DNA from: a virus
Reading direction: 5' to 3' (one strand)
DNA length: 64,000 bases
IMG/VR virus record: IMGVR_UViG_3300034283_001962
Location: 54,408-118,407 of that record
Shown here: positions 46,749-57,500 of the stretch, one piece after another
Layout of the letters: each line of letters starts with the position of its first letter
How positions within the stretch are numbered: position 1 is the first letter of the stretch
Notes under the pieces: generated by a model
Database searches by the model: none
Seen by the model: the letters and a program-made list of their open reading frames with translations, nothing else
Told to the model about the DNA's origin: nothing
Program-made: the position numbers and the translations under genes

Positions 46749-47074
46749 TTGATCGGGTTTGTGGTGGTTCCTAATGGACCGCTATGAAATACGCCCAGGA
46801 TCAGCAATGCCGCAATAATAAACGCTGCTGTAATTGCGATCTTATACCAGTTTGCTCTGTTGCCGTTTTCAGCATTAGGAAAAATGGAATCTTTTGCACT
46901 AGCTACTAAAAAACCTGCTGCGCTTAGAAGGCATACCCAGCCGCCTATTTTGTTTCCAATAGGTGCACGACCGAATGACATGGACGGATCAAATGTTGCA
47001 TAAGCCATAACGGCAATAATAAGTGCCGCAATGATTAAGACGATAGGGTTTGCCCCGTTGTTACTTTTTTTCAT
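46745..47074 (-). CDS. Three-TM membrane protein; contains the exact match (46968-46996) to mini-array spacer 1
   Basis: Three hydrophobic helices; the match covers the TFDPSMSFGR loop. Confidence 0.7.
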   Translation of the reverse strand: MKKSNNGANPIVLIIAALIIAVMAYATFDPSMSFGRAPIGNKIGGWVCLLSAAGFLVASAKDSIFPNAENGNRANWYKIAITAAFIIAALLILGVFHSGPLGTTTNPIN

Positions 47075-47084
47075 GTTTTTGTTT

Positions 47085-50000
47085 TTATGTGTAAAATGTT
47101 CCAGAATATCCTATAAATTGAGGAGAAGGTGTAGGAAGATTTTGCCATGTAGCATCTCCATTAGCATTACTTTGTTTAGTAAATACCTGTCCTGTTGTAC
47201 CTCCATTTGGTATAACTGTTGACCAGGTATTATCACCTCTAAGAAAAGTAGCTGAAGAAGGAGTTCCTGTAGCTGATAGATTAATTATACCTACTATACC
47301 ATTAGCTAATGTAGTAAAAATAGATGTAGTACCAGATCCTGTAACTGCTCCACTTAAAGTAATATTTTGATTAGTTGTTAAATAAATTGTATTATCAAAT
47401 ATCCAAGTATTTGTTCCTGTTCCAGTGTATCTTAGGTTACCAGCAGATGCTCCAAGAGTAGGAAGTAAAACACTACGAAGACCTACAACAGTAAGAGCTG
47501 TTGCTCCAGTTGCGTCACCTGTATGAGTAGCGTTACTAACCAATCCTGAATATAGAGAGTTTGGTGCGTTATCACCTGTATTTGAACCACTAACAGAAGA
47601 TGATCCTGTTATAACTAATGCTGGACTTGACGATCCTGAAAATACTATACCATTAACTGATGTAGGTGTAATTGCACCTAATGTTAATGTTATAGCAGGT
47701 GTTGTAGAAGGTGTTGATACAGATCCAGTAATTCCATTAGCAGATACTACAGATACAGAAGTTACTGTACCATTATTGGTAGGTATTGTTCTATAACCTA
47801 ACATTTGTGTAACTGAATCAATTACTAACATTTGAGCTGTTCCAGAAACATTATTAGGTAAATTTCCTTGTAGCTTGTACTTACCATCTGCAGCAATAAA
47901 ATCAATACCATCATCATAAGAAACAGTTATTTGTGATGTTTTTGATGGACTTATTTGAGTATTACTAATAATAACACCAAAAACAGTACTCATTCTTATA
48001 GATGCTCTATCAGATGTTGCAGTTCTTAAAACATTAATTAATATTTTATCAACTGAAGCTTGTGCAGGAAATTGATCAATTGAAGTATTATATCCAGCTG
48101 TAGCATCAGTTGATGCCATATTTATAGAACTTGGAAAAGCTGTAAACCTATTTGATTTATCGCTTGTATCATTTGTTAAATATGAACTTGTTCCCGATAA
48201 AGAAAGAGCTTGAACATTACTTGCATTTGTTCTATGTAAATATAATTGATTATTATTTAATGCAAAAGTTCTATCTTGTGTTGCACTTACATCTTCTCCT
48301 AATACACCAAAACGTGTTGAATATTGAGGTATATTAAATACTCCTGTAGTATTATTATAAGTTGCAGCTCCCGATGTACCAGATGTTGTTATAGATACAG
48401 AATTTCTTGCTAAAGAATCTGTATATTGAGTAACAGAAGAAGTTATAACTCCAGTAGTATTATTGTAAGAAATACCTGTACCTGCAGAAATCGCAAGACG
48501 AATTGCAGTATCTAAATTTTGCCAAGTTTTATCTCCTCTCCAATATTGTGATGTTGTTCCAGAAGCAATAATAGGTTCTCCTCCTAGTCCTACTAAATTA
48601 TAATTTGGAATATTTAAAACATTACTAATAAATGTTGCAACTCCAGAATTTCCTACAGTTGTTAAAGAAATAGGATTTTGATAATCTGTTCCAGCTATTG
48701 CTGCAACTAAAGATCCTGCATTACCTTTTAATATTCCTGTAACTGTAGTAGTTAAAGTGATAGCTGGATTAATAGTTGGATTAGCTACGCTTCCAGAAAA
48801 TCCATTAGCTGCAACTACTGATAGAGAAAGAACAGTACCTCCACCTCCCCCTGATGCTGTAGAAGTAATTATATAAGGATTAGCTATTGTTCCTGTACCT
48901 GTAATAGATACGTTAGTACCTGCACTTAGTTTTGTTTCAGAACCGTCATAACTAATATTAGAAGAAATAGTAAAATTAGGATACGTTCCTGTAATATTTA
49001 TACCTGCACCAGAGTTAAGTATAACTGTTTGGTCAGGAGAACTATTTGTTATAACTCCCGTACTATTATTATAAGATATTCCTGAACCTGCACTTAAAAC
49101 TAATCTTGCTAAAGTATCAGTATACTGAGTAATAGATGAAGAAATACTAAAAGTAGGATAAGTTCCAGAAACATTAATACCTGCACCTTGGTTAATTGTT
49201 ACTAATTGATCCGGAGATGAATTAGTAATTATTCCTGTAGTAGAATTATATGTTATACCTACTCCAGCACTTAAAGCAAGTCTAGCACGAGTATTAGTAT
49301 AATAAAGATTTGTACCTTCGGTTACATTAGTTGTATTAACTAAAGTAGTAAGATCAATTAAACCTTGGCGAGAAAGAGTTAAAACACCTTCAGATAAAGA
49401 AAGTGAAGTTGGAAAGTTATTACCATCTGCACCTATTACTGTAGAATTGATAACATAAGGATCTAAAAAAGTACCAGTACCTGTTATAGTAATGTCACTT
49501 CCAGCATTTATCTTAGTTTCTGCTCCAGTAGGTAATGGAATTAAAGTTGTAAGACTAGGTAAACCAAATCTATTAAGTGTAAGAATTCCAGTTGAATTGT
49601 TGTATACAAGTGAAGTAGGATAATTATTACCATCTGCTCCACCTGATCCTCCTAAATTAGTAATAACATAAGGATCTAATGATGTTCCTGTTCCAGAAAC
49701 AAATATTCCAACGCCTGCAGTTATTGCTGTATTTGAACCATCTGGTAAAGGAACTTCAATAGTTGTTTGTAAAGATGGTAAGCCATTTCTATCAAGTCTA
49801 AGAATATTATTTTGAAAAACTAAAGCTGTAGGATAATTATTTAAATCACAAGGATTACAAGAATTATTTACTGATTTAGATTCACATTCAGAATCATTAG
49901 ATGTACCTGATTGATTAGAATAATCAGATAGATTTACAGGTTGATCAGCAAGCTCACTTCCTGTCTTTAGTCTTATTGGACCTAATCCATCTATATTCAT
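47085..50000 (-). CDS. Tail fibre / long repetitive structural protein
   Basis: Repeats DGNNYPTSL, ITGTGT..DPYVI, SAG.GI.YN.TTG.IT; modules shared with 42014-45301. Confidence 0.75.
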   Translation of the reverse strand: MNIDGLGPIRLKTGSELADQPVNLSDYSNQSGTSNDSECESKSVNNSCNPCDLNNYPTALVFQNNILRLDRNGLPSLQTTIEVPLPDGSNTAITAGVGIFVSGTGTSLDPYVITNLGGSGGADGNNYPTSLVYNNSTGILTLNRFGLPSLTTLIPLPTGAETKINAGSDITITGTGTFLDPYVINSTVIGADGNNFPTSLSLSEGVLTLSRQGLIDLTTLVNTTNVTEGTNLYYTNTRARLALSAGVGITYNSTTGIITNSSPDQLVTINQGAGINVSGTYPTFSISSSITQYTDTLARLVLSAGSGISYNNSTGVITNSSPDQTVILNSGAGINITGTYPNFTISSNISYDGSETKLSAGTNVSITGTGTIANPYIITSTASGGGGGTVLSLSVVAANGFSGSVANPTINPAITLTTTVTGILKGNAGSLVAAIAGTDYQNPISLTTVGNSGVATFISNVLNIPNYNLVGLGGEPIIASGTTSQYWRGDKTWQNLDTAIRLAISAGTGISYNNTTGVITSSVTQYTDSLARNSVSITTSGTSGAATYNNTTGVFNIPQYSTRFGVLGEDVSATQDRTFALNNNQLYLHRTNASNVQALSLSGTSSYLTNDTSDKSNRFTAFPSSINMASTDATAGYNTSIDQFPAQASVDKILINVLRTATSDRASIRMSTVFGVIISNTQISPSKTSQITVSYDDGIDFIAADGKYKLQGNLPNNVSGTAQMLVIDSVTQMLGYRTIPTNNGTVTSVSVVSANGITGSVSTPSTTPAITLTLGAITPTSVNGIVFSGSSSPALVITGSSSVSGSNTGDNAPNSLYSGLVSNATHTGDATGATALTVVGLRSVLLPTLGASAGNLRYTGTGTNTWIFDNTIYLTTNQNITLSGAVTGSGTTSIFTTLANGIVGIINLSATGTPSSATFLRGDNTWSTVIPNGGTTGQVFTKQSNANGDATWQNLPTPSPQFIGYSGTFYT

Positions 50001-50672
50001 TTACTTATATTCTTTTAAAAATCTATTATAATATCTTTTATAACCAGAATATTCTAGAGAAACATTATCTAAATAATATTTTTCTTCTTCATTTAAATTT
50101 GAAAAGTCTGTATACCAAGGTAAATGCTTACATGTAAAATCTCCAGCTACTCTTAACGCTTCATATTGAAAACTTTTATCAGTTCTTATAACACAAAAAG
50201 TTGTATCAACATCTGCTTTGTAAATATTTTCAGCAAGACATTCTTTCCAAAACTTTGTTTCCCATGTAAATATTTCATTACCTAATTCTGTTATGGGTAA
50301 GTTTTTTATGTCTAAAGATAAACCAACTTTAGAATAATTATATTTTTCACCTATTAATATCATTTGTTCAATGAAATCTTTAGGTGTATTTAAATTAAGT
50401 TCTATATCACTATCTGTATATACAACCCAATCATTTTTTTCTAATCTAAGATCATTTAGTAAACCACTATTATATATAGCTAGTTGACCTAAATTATTTA
50501 GTCTTTTAACCTTTATTTCTTTATTTGTATCATACCAATCTAATAAAGGTTTATATGTAGATCCATTATCTAAAATAGTAATATCAAAATAATCTCTTTT
50601 TTGTAAATCTTTTACTAACTGTTTAGTTGTAGATAAACGATTTAAGTTATTTATTACTATTGGAATTTTCAT
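50001..50672 (-). CDS. Glycosyltransferase family 2-like
   Basis: ILDNGSTY, YTDSDI, DVDTTF, HLPWY. Confidence 0.75.
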   Translation of the reverse strand: MKIPIVINNLNRLSTTKQLVKDLQKRDYFDITILDNGSTYKPLLDWYDTNKEIKVKRLNNLGQLAIYNSGLLNDLRLEKNDWVVYTDSDIELNLNTPKDFIEQMILIGEKYNYSKVGLSLDIKNLPITELGNEIFTWETKFWKECLAENIYKADVDTTFCVIRTDKSFQYEALRVAGDFTCKHLPWYTDFSNLNEEEKYYLDNVSLEYSGYKRYYNRFLKEYK

Positions 50673-51450
50673 AAAGATAAGCTACTTGTTCATAGTATTT
50701 TGCAGCATGTTCTTTTTTAATTGGTATTATTATACCATCCCCATGATCTTGAGAAAATTTTCGATAGTTCTCAAAGTTTTTAGGGTCACCTGGATTACCT
50801 GATGTTTTAAATGTTGGTATTGTGCTGTCTCCCCAATTGTATACAAGTGTTGGTTTACCTTTCCCATCAACATATAATTTATTTCCTAATGCTTCTACCC
50901 ATTTTAAATGCTGGTTTGAAGTCGTCAAATGAAATCCGTGAGCTTTTAAGAAATGGTTTTGAACAAATATTGAAGGTTCTAATGTATTTTCTACTATATT
51001 AATTCCTTGAGCATGTCTATAATAAGAATATTTAGGTTTGTAAGCTACATGATTAAATTTAATTTCTTCTTCAGAAATAACACATGCTCTAGATAAACCT
51101 TTAACTCCTTCATTAATATGATCAGGTAAGAAAATATCATCATCGTCCCAAAAACAAACAATATCTACACTGTCTGGAACTAACGTCAACATATCTGTAT
51201 ATATTTGACCTAGATTTTGATATGAAGATTGTGTAGTATAACAAACATCATTATTAACTAATTTAATGTGTTTATTTTTAGGTAATTCTTCAGGTAAGTT
51301 TAAAACTTGAGAATAATCTGAATTATTATAAATAAGAAGAGTATGATCTCCTTTATAGTTTTGATCTATAAAAAATCTAACTAATCTCTCTAAACAAGTA
51401 TGACGACCACATGTAGCTGTAAGACAATAAACGTTAGGTATCCAGTTCAT
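50647..51450 (-). CDS. Glycosyltransferase family 2-like
   Basis: CLTATCGR, FIDQNY, CFWDDDDIFLP. Confidence 0.75.
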   Translation of the reverse strand: MNWIPNVYCLTATCGRHTCLERLVRFFIDQNYKGDHTLLIYNNSDYSQVLNLPEELPKNKHIKLVNNDVCYTTQSSYQNLGQIYTDMLTLVPDSVDIVCFWDDDDIFLPDHINEGVKGLSRACVISEEEIKFNHVAYKPKYSYYRHAQGINIVENTLEPSIFVQNHFLKAHGFHLTTSNQHLKWVEALGNKLYVDGKGKPTLVYNWGDSTIPTFKTSGNPGDPKNFENYRKFSQDHGDGIIIPIKKEHAAKYYEQVAYLYENSNSNK

Positions 51451-51593
51451 TTTTTGTCGTAAATATAGGATAAATTTGTGACAAAAGTACTATTTTTTAT
51501 TAATATAACAGTAAATAATTAATAAATTAGATAAAAATATTTAGCTTAATATAGCTTTAAATACTATTATTTTTTAATATAATAACTAAAGGT

Positions 51594-54500
51594 TTATCTT
51601 ACACTGTACTGATTACTTATTCTTATACCCATTTCCTCAGCTAAATCTTGATTGAAAATACCTATGTATGTAAGCATCTCTTTTGTAATAGGGAAAGTTT
51701 TAAACAGGTACTTGGTTGGTTTAGCTGATTCTTGCCATTCTTCAACTCCAAAAATAGCTCCTGATGCTTCTTTGGTAAAGTGATTCATAAAAGTTAGAGC
51801 ATCATTTACTGTACCTAATGCTGGAAATACACTACCATTAGCAATATCCATTGCTGATTTAGGATTAAACCAAAAACCAAGTTCATCGTAAACTTTATCA
51901 AGAGTTCTCATTCCAAACTTTAGCACACCAGTATACTCATCTTTCTCCCTATCGTCACCAATACCCATCTTAGCACTTATCAGAAGACCTAACATTCCTA
52001 CCCAGAATTGAGCTTCTTTAGCTGCCATCTTGATACCTTGGTAATGTATTTCCATAAACTCCTCTTCTGAAAGGAATTCGTCTTGTTCTCCGCCTTCTTT
52101 TAAGAATTTATCTAACTTCTGACGATAGATGTTACGCATGTATTTAACCCCATTCTCATTAAGTTCCATGACATCTCTTAATGCTCTAATAGAGCTTAAA
52201 CCATTCTGAGTAATTAGTTTAAACATTAATCTAAGTCTACCATATTCCCAACTTTGTTCACCTACATTCTCTTTCAATCCACCAAAACGAACCAGAGCCA
52301 TTCCAGGTATCCAGTTTTTAAACATCATAAAGGATTGACCAAATAGGGTCATACGGTATTGAGCAATAGCTTCTGGACTAGAAGCACCTAATACATTTCT
52401 ACTTAAAGCCTGTACCTTGTTTCGTAATTCCCAAACACTTCTATCGCTTCGATCAACTCCATCAATTACTAACTGACCGTCTACCAGTTTAGCTGTTTTC
52501 ATGATAGAGTTCTCTTTCATCTTCTCAATTTGATCATTGATCTTTTGTTCAAGAGCAAGTCTTTGGTCTTTTGGTAACTTGAAACGACCAAGATAACCAT
52601 TCTGTTCTCTTACGTATTCAGGAATATTAACAATTTTCCCATCAATAACTACACTGTTTTCTATCATAGATAACAGCATAGGATAAGTTATAGCTTTATC
52701 TGAATACTTTTGTAAAGCAAAAAGTATCTCACTTGTCATATATTCAGTTACCTTACTGGATGAAAGCTTATTGATATTGAAATTCTCTTGATTTTCAACG
52801 AGCGGCATAAAGTAATCAATCATCTTCGCATAAATCTCACCTCTTTCACCACCTAACATGCTAGTTAACTTAGTTGTATTGATTAGGTATTCCTGTCTTG
52901 TAAAGTACTTACCTGAACTGATTACACTATTTACAGCACCACCAACTAAGTTAGAGATTGGTGTACCTAAGTTAAAACCTAACACCTTCATTTGAAACCA
53001 CCTATTAGCAGCTTGCACAGCTTTGATTCCTGATATAACCACTTCACCTTCTTCTTCTTCAAACTCAGAGAGCATCTTAAATCCTACTTTCTCATTGATC
53101 TTTTTAGCAGTTGCTCTTAGATCCATTGTAAAACTCAGATCTTCAGCCTGACCCGATAACTTCTTACCGTAGATATAGTAATTGATAAAGTTCTCTAAGT
53201 ATTCAGTATTCTTATCGTTCTGATTCTGTTTAGGTACTTCATCATACTGAGTTTCGCCATCTCTTCGTACAGCAACCAGTGTTTTCTTTCTTCTTTCAAC
53301 GTCACGAAGGATTTTAGCTGAACCTTCCAGCTCACTTCTCCACTCATATTCATTGATCTCCTTTTCCCACAATGCAAGGTTCTTAATAAACTCTTGAGAC
53401 TTTTCTTCAGTAGTTAGGTCGTAAACAAAGTTTACTGGAATCTTTTGAAGAGGTTCACGAGTAATGGGATTTATTGCACCAAATATATTATCAGCACCAG
53501 GTTCTACACGAACAGCATCAAGGATAGTTTTAAAAGGATTCTTATTACCCCCTTGTACAAGTCTATCTACATATGTCTTTCTAACATTAGGTACAAATGA
53601 ATAGAGTTGTTTCCAAGGAATCATACCTAATTCAGCAGCTCTTTTATTAGCTGCTATTTGTAGTTGATATAATTCAAATATATCTGGTTGATCCTTAAGT
53701 TTTTTATAGTTTTCTGAATAAGCTTTATCATTTAAGAAGTAAGCTATTCTATTGTTCTGAGAATTAATTGCAGTTGATTTGCTTATATCAAACTTAGCTA
53801 TAAAGTCTGCTTTCTTTCTTTTACGCTCTGTTATGTTTTTAGCTTCATCTTCATAAAAGATCTGATTGTCTATGTATGCAAACTGATCTTCCTTTCTCTC
53901 TTCGTAATCTTTTACATATGCATCCAGATCAATATATTCATTAATAAAAGCACGAGCCTTTTTAGTATCAGTACTAGCTAAGAGTTCCTTTAATTGCTTT
54001 CTGATTGCAGCATCGTGACGATCAATTAGTTTCACAGTCTTTTTACCTTCATACTCATATTCAGAAGTAAGGAAAGTTTTAAACAATTCCATTTGAGTTA
54101 TTCCTCTGGATGTTGCAGCTGCAGCAATCTTTTCCTCGACCGATTTAAGCTTGTTAATAGCAGCGTCAGTAGCAAAAGCAGCTTTCTGTTGAACTTCCTG
54201 ATACATTTTATAAAATAGCTTACCTGTTCTTGATTGTGCTCTAGAAAAATCACGAATATTTCTATCTCTTGTATTAAGTTGTTTCTCAGGTTTAGTTATA
54301 TTAAGTACTTCATAAGCTTTTCCCATCTTATTCGCTGTCTTGTCAATTAATTTTTGGTAAAATAAGATGAGTTTTTTTGCTTCACCAGATAAATTATTAA
54401 GCTCAGTAATTTTCTTTTTTTGTTCTTCTGTTAGTTTGACAGGTGCATTTGGATCTGGATTTGTACTAGCTTCAATAATACCTCTTAAATTAATACTTAA

Positions 54501-57500
54501 ATCTTCATATACAGTAAGGATTTCTACATTTTCATTAAGTTTTGAAGCAAAATCCATTAGTTTAGCATCGGTTGTTGTATCAAGTGAGTTTTCATACCTT
54601 GTTAAATCTTGATTCAATTGTCTAATAGTAGCTTTGGCTATATCAACAGTTTCTTCTATCCGACCTTGCATTTGAAGTCTTCTGATGGCAGCATAGTACC
54701 TTTCAGTAATATCATATAAAGAGTACTTTTCTTTATCCCCCCCGTGTAATTTTCTCAATTTGTTAATGACAGTATTCATTTGAGTAATCAACTCATCAAT
54801 TTCTTTATTTCCAGTAGAATAATCCGCAGTAGCTATAGGAAGAAGAACTGATCTTTCTTCTTGTTTATAATCTACTTTACCCATGCGTAACTTAACAAAA
54901 TTCTTCTTCTTATAATCATAAACTACTTGGATAGGTATCATGGCAGTCAACCTAAAGTTTTCTTTAGGAACACCGTAAATATTAGAAAAAATATCCTTAT
55001 ATGCTTTCATCTGAGTTTGGTAACTCTCAACTTTAGCATTAAGAATAGATTTTTTATCCCCAATGATCTCCAAGAACTTCCAGTCAAGCATATCTACAAT
55101 ACCATCTTCCTGTATAGCCATGAAGTCTACTGTACCTGCAGTATCCTTTCCGTTGTAGATTTTAATCTCAGCAAAGAACCTCGTATTAGGTTTATACGCA
55201 AGAAGACGAGCTTCCATTGCTTCATACAGCATTTTATAAGCTGTATTGTTCTTCATCTCCGATGCACCTTGTTGAGGAAGAGGTTCAGCTCTTAAGAAAC
55301 CATTCTCATCTACTAATCTTTTAAAGATAGCGTGTAAATCAGCGTGACCTCCTGTACCTGTTCTTCTTTTAACTTCATCCATCTCAGTTGGTACATAATC
55401 CTTCATTTTAGCTTTTACAGCATCAGTAACCCTTTTAGGAACCCTAACTCCTTCGTATAAATAGTAGGTATCGGTCTCATCATTAGGATTAACATAAAGA
55501 TGTAAACTGCTGTTAACTTTCATTATCTGAGCAATAAACTCATCTATATTAAAACGTTTCTTACGTTCATCTTCTGGTAAAGAAAAGTATGTACCTATAT
55601 CGTAAAACTCTGGGTTTAAGGTATCCATACTTACAATCTCATTGTTCTGTACTTTCTCAACAGCTTCTTCAAAAGGATTAAATCCTGCTCCTGTAAATAA
55701 TTTATACAAAGCATTAAGAACCTTTCTCCACCAAGCCTGGATAGCTGCTGCTAAATCAGGATTAGTTTCTTCACTCTCTTCTTTGTTTACATATATCTGA
55801 GCAAGCAGTTGACCAATAGCTTCTTTCTTAATCTTTCGGATGTTAGTAGTTCCATCACTATTCTTATAAACATCCTTGTATCTATCAAAAACTTCTTGAT
55901 ATAGATCGTATTGACCAATCTTATTAAACATTTCATTGAACAACTTAGGTTCTGTTTGTTCAATAATATCTACTGCTATGTGCATTGATTCCTCTGCAAG
56001 AGCTACGTCTTCTTTACCATTAACAACTTGAACAAGTCTATTCATAAAGTCAGCAAGACCTTGTGCACTAATAGGTTCTCCTTGAACTTTAATATTAGAA
56101 ACAGTCTCATAGTTGACACCAATCCTTTTAAGGAATTCTTTTAACTTAGCAATAGTTTTTGGACTAGCTTTAGGTTGATTGTTTTCATTACCTTTTAGCT
56201 GTAATAAGATTGGACGAAATTCTCTTTCTTTCTCAAGCTGAATTTCATACCAACCATTACCATATTCATCAGTAATTTCTTTAACCTTGTAATTCTTTTT
56301 AAGAATATTACCTACTGTATTTTCATAGAAGTTAAATATAGGTTTTAAAGCACCAAAACCTTCTTTTTCTATTTCTTCAAGTTCTTTTTGAATTTGAGTA
56401 ATTTCTCTATCTATTTTTGCATGTTCATTTCGAACTTCATAAGTACCTTTTTCTAAATCAAGCTTTTGTAAATTGTTTAATTTATCTACTTTAGCTACGG
56501 CATCTTCATAGTTATCATAAATACTATCTATTTCAACACTATCATAATTTACAAATACTACTTCATACTGAAAGGTTTTCCCAGCTTTTCTTCTTTCAAG
56601 TTCTTTAATTCTATCTTCTTTTTGCTTTTTAAACTCTTCTAATGTAGTATGTCCTTCAATTTTACTAGCTGTATTACCAGAAGGAAATAATACTTTCTCA
56701 TATCCTTTCTTAGCACTATCTTGAAGGATAGACTTAAGAAAGAAGGTTACCCAGTTATTGTCTTTGTTTAATAGTTGTAAAAATTGATTAGGTGGGGTTT
56801 TAGCTCTTTCGCTTTCTATAAATTTAGTAGCTTCTTCTATTGTTTCAAAATCTACAACATCTTTATTTGATTCTTTATCAACAACAACACTCCTTAAGTT
56901 ACCTTTTATATTAACCTGCTGTATTTTATATTTATCATTATCAAAAGCTTGACCAAATACTAAATTTTCTTTATCTCTACCCTTCTGAAACAAATCAGAT
57001 TGTACTTCTAGTATTCTACGAATACTTTTTATATCTCTTTTATTGATAAATTGAACTTCTTGGTTTTGTCTAGCATTTTCATACTCTTCTTTTGAAATAG
57101 ATTTAGACATACCACCCTCAGAATCTTCAGGTTCAATGTTATATTTTATACCATCTGTTTGATAAAAATAGTTATTTAGTAAAAATAACTCTCCTTTATA
57201 ATCTTTAACTTTATCACTTCTAAACCAACCAATACCTTTATCAGTAGCAAATTCTGCATGACCTTTAATACTAGGTGTAATTAAAGGTGTAGCTATCTCA
57301 TTCTCTGTATAGTTAGTACCTCCTGGTACTGTTAAGATTGAGTAATATTGAGTTGGTCTTATTTCTACTTTTTGTAATCTATGTTTAGGTACTAAATTCC
57401 CATTTTCATCTTCAACTAAAGTATAATCTTCTTTTGACTTAATCTCATCTTTAGCAGTATTAATCTCAACAGCATAACTATAATTAGCTAATAAATCTGT

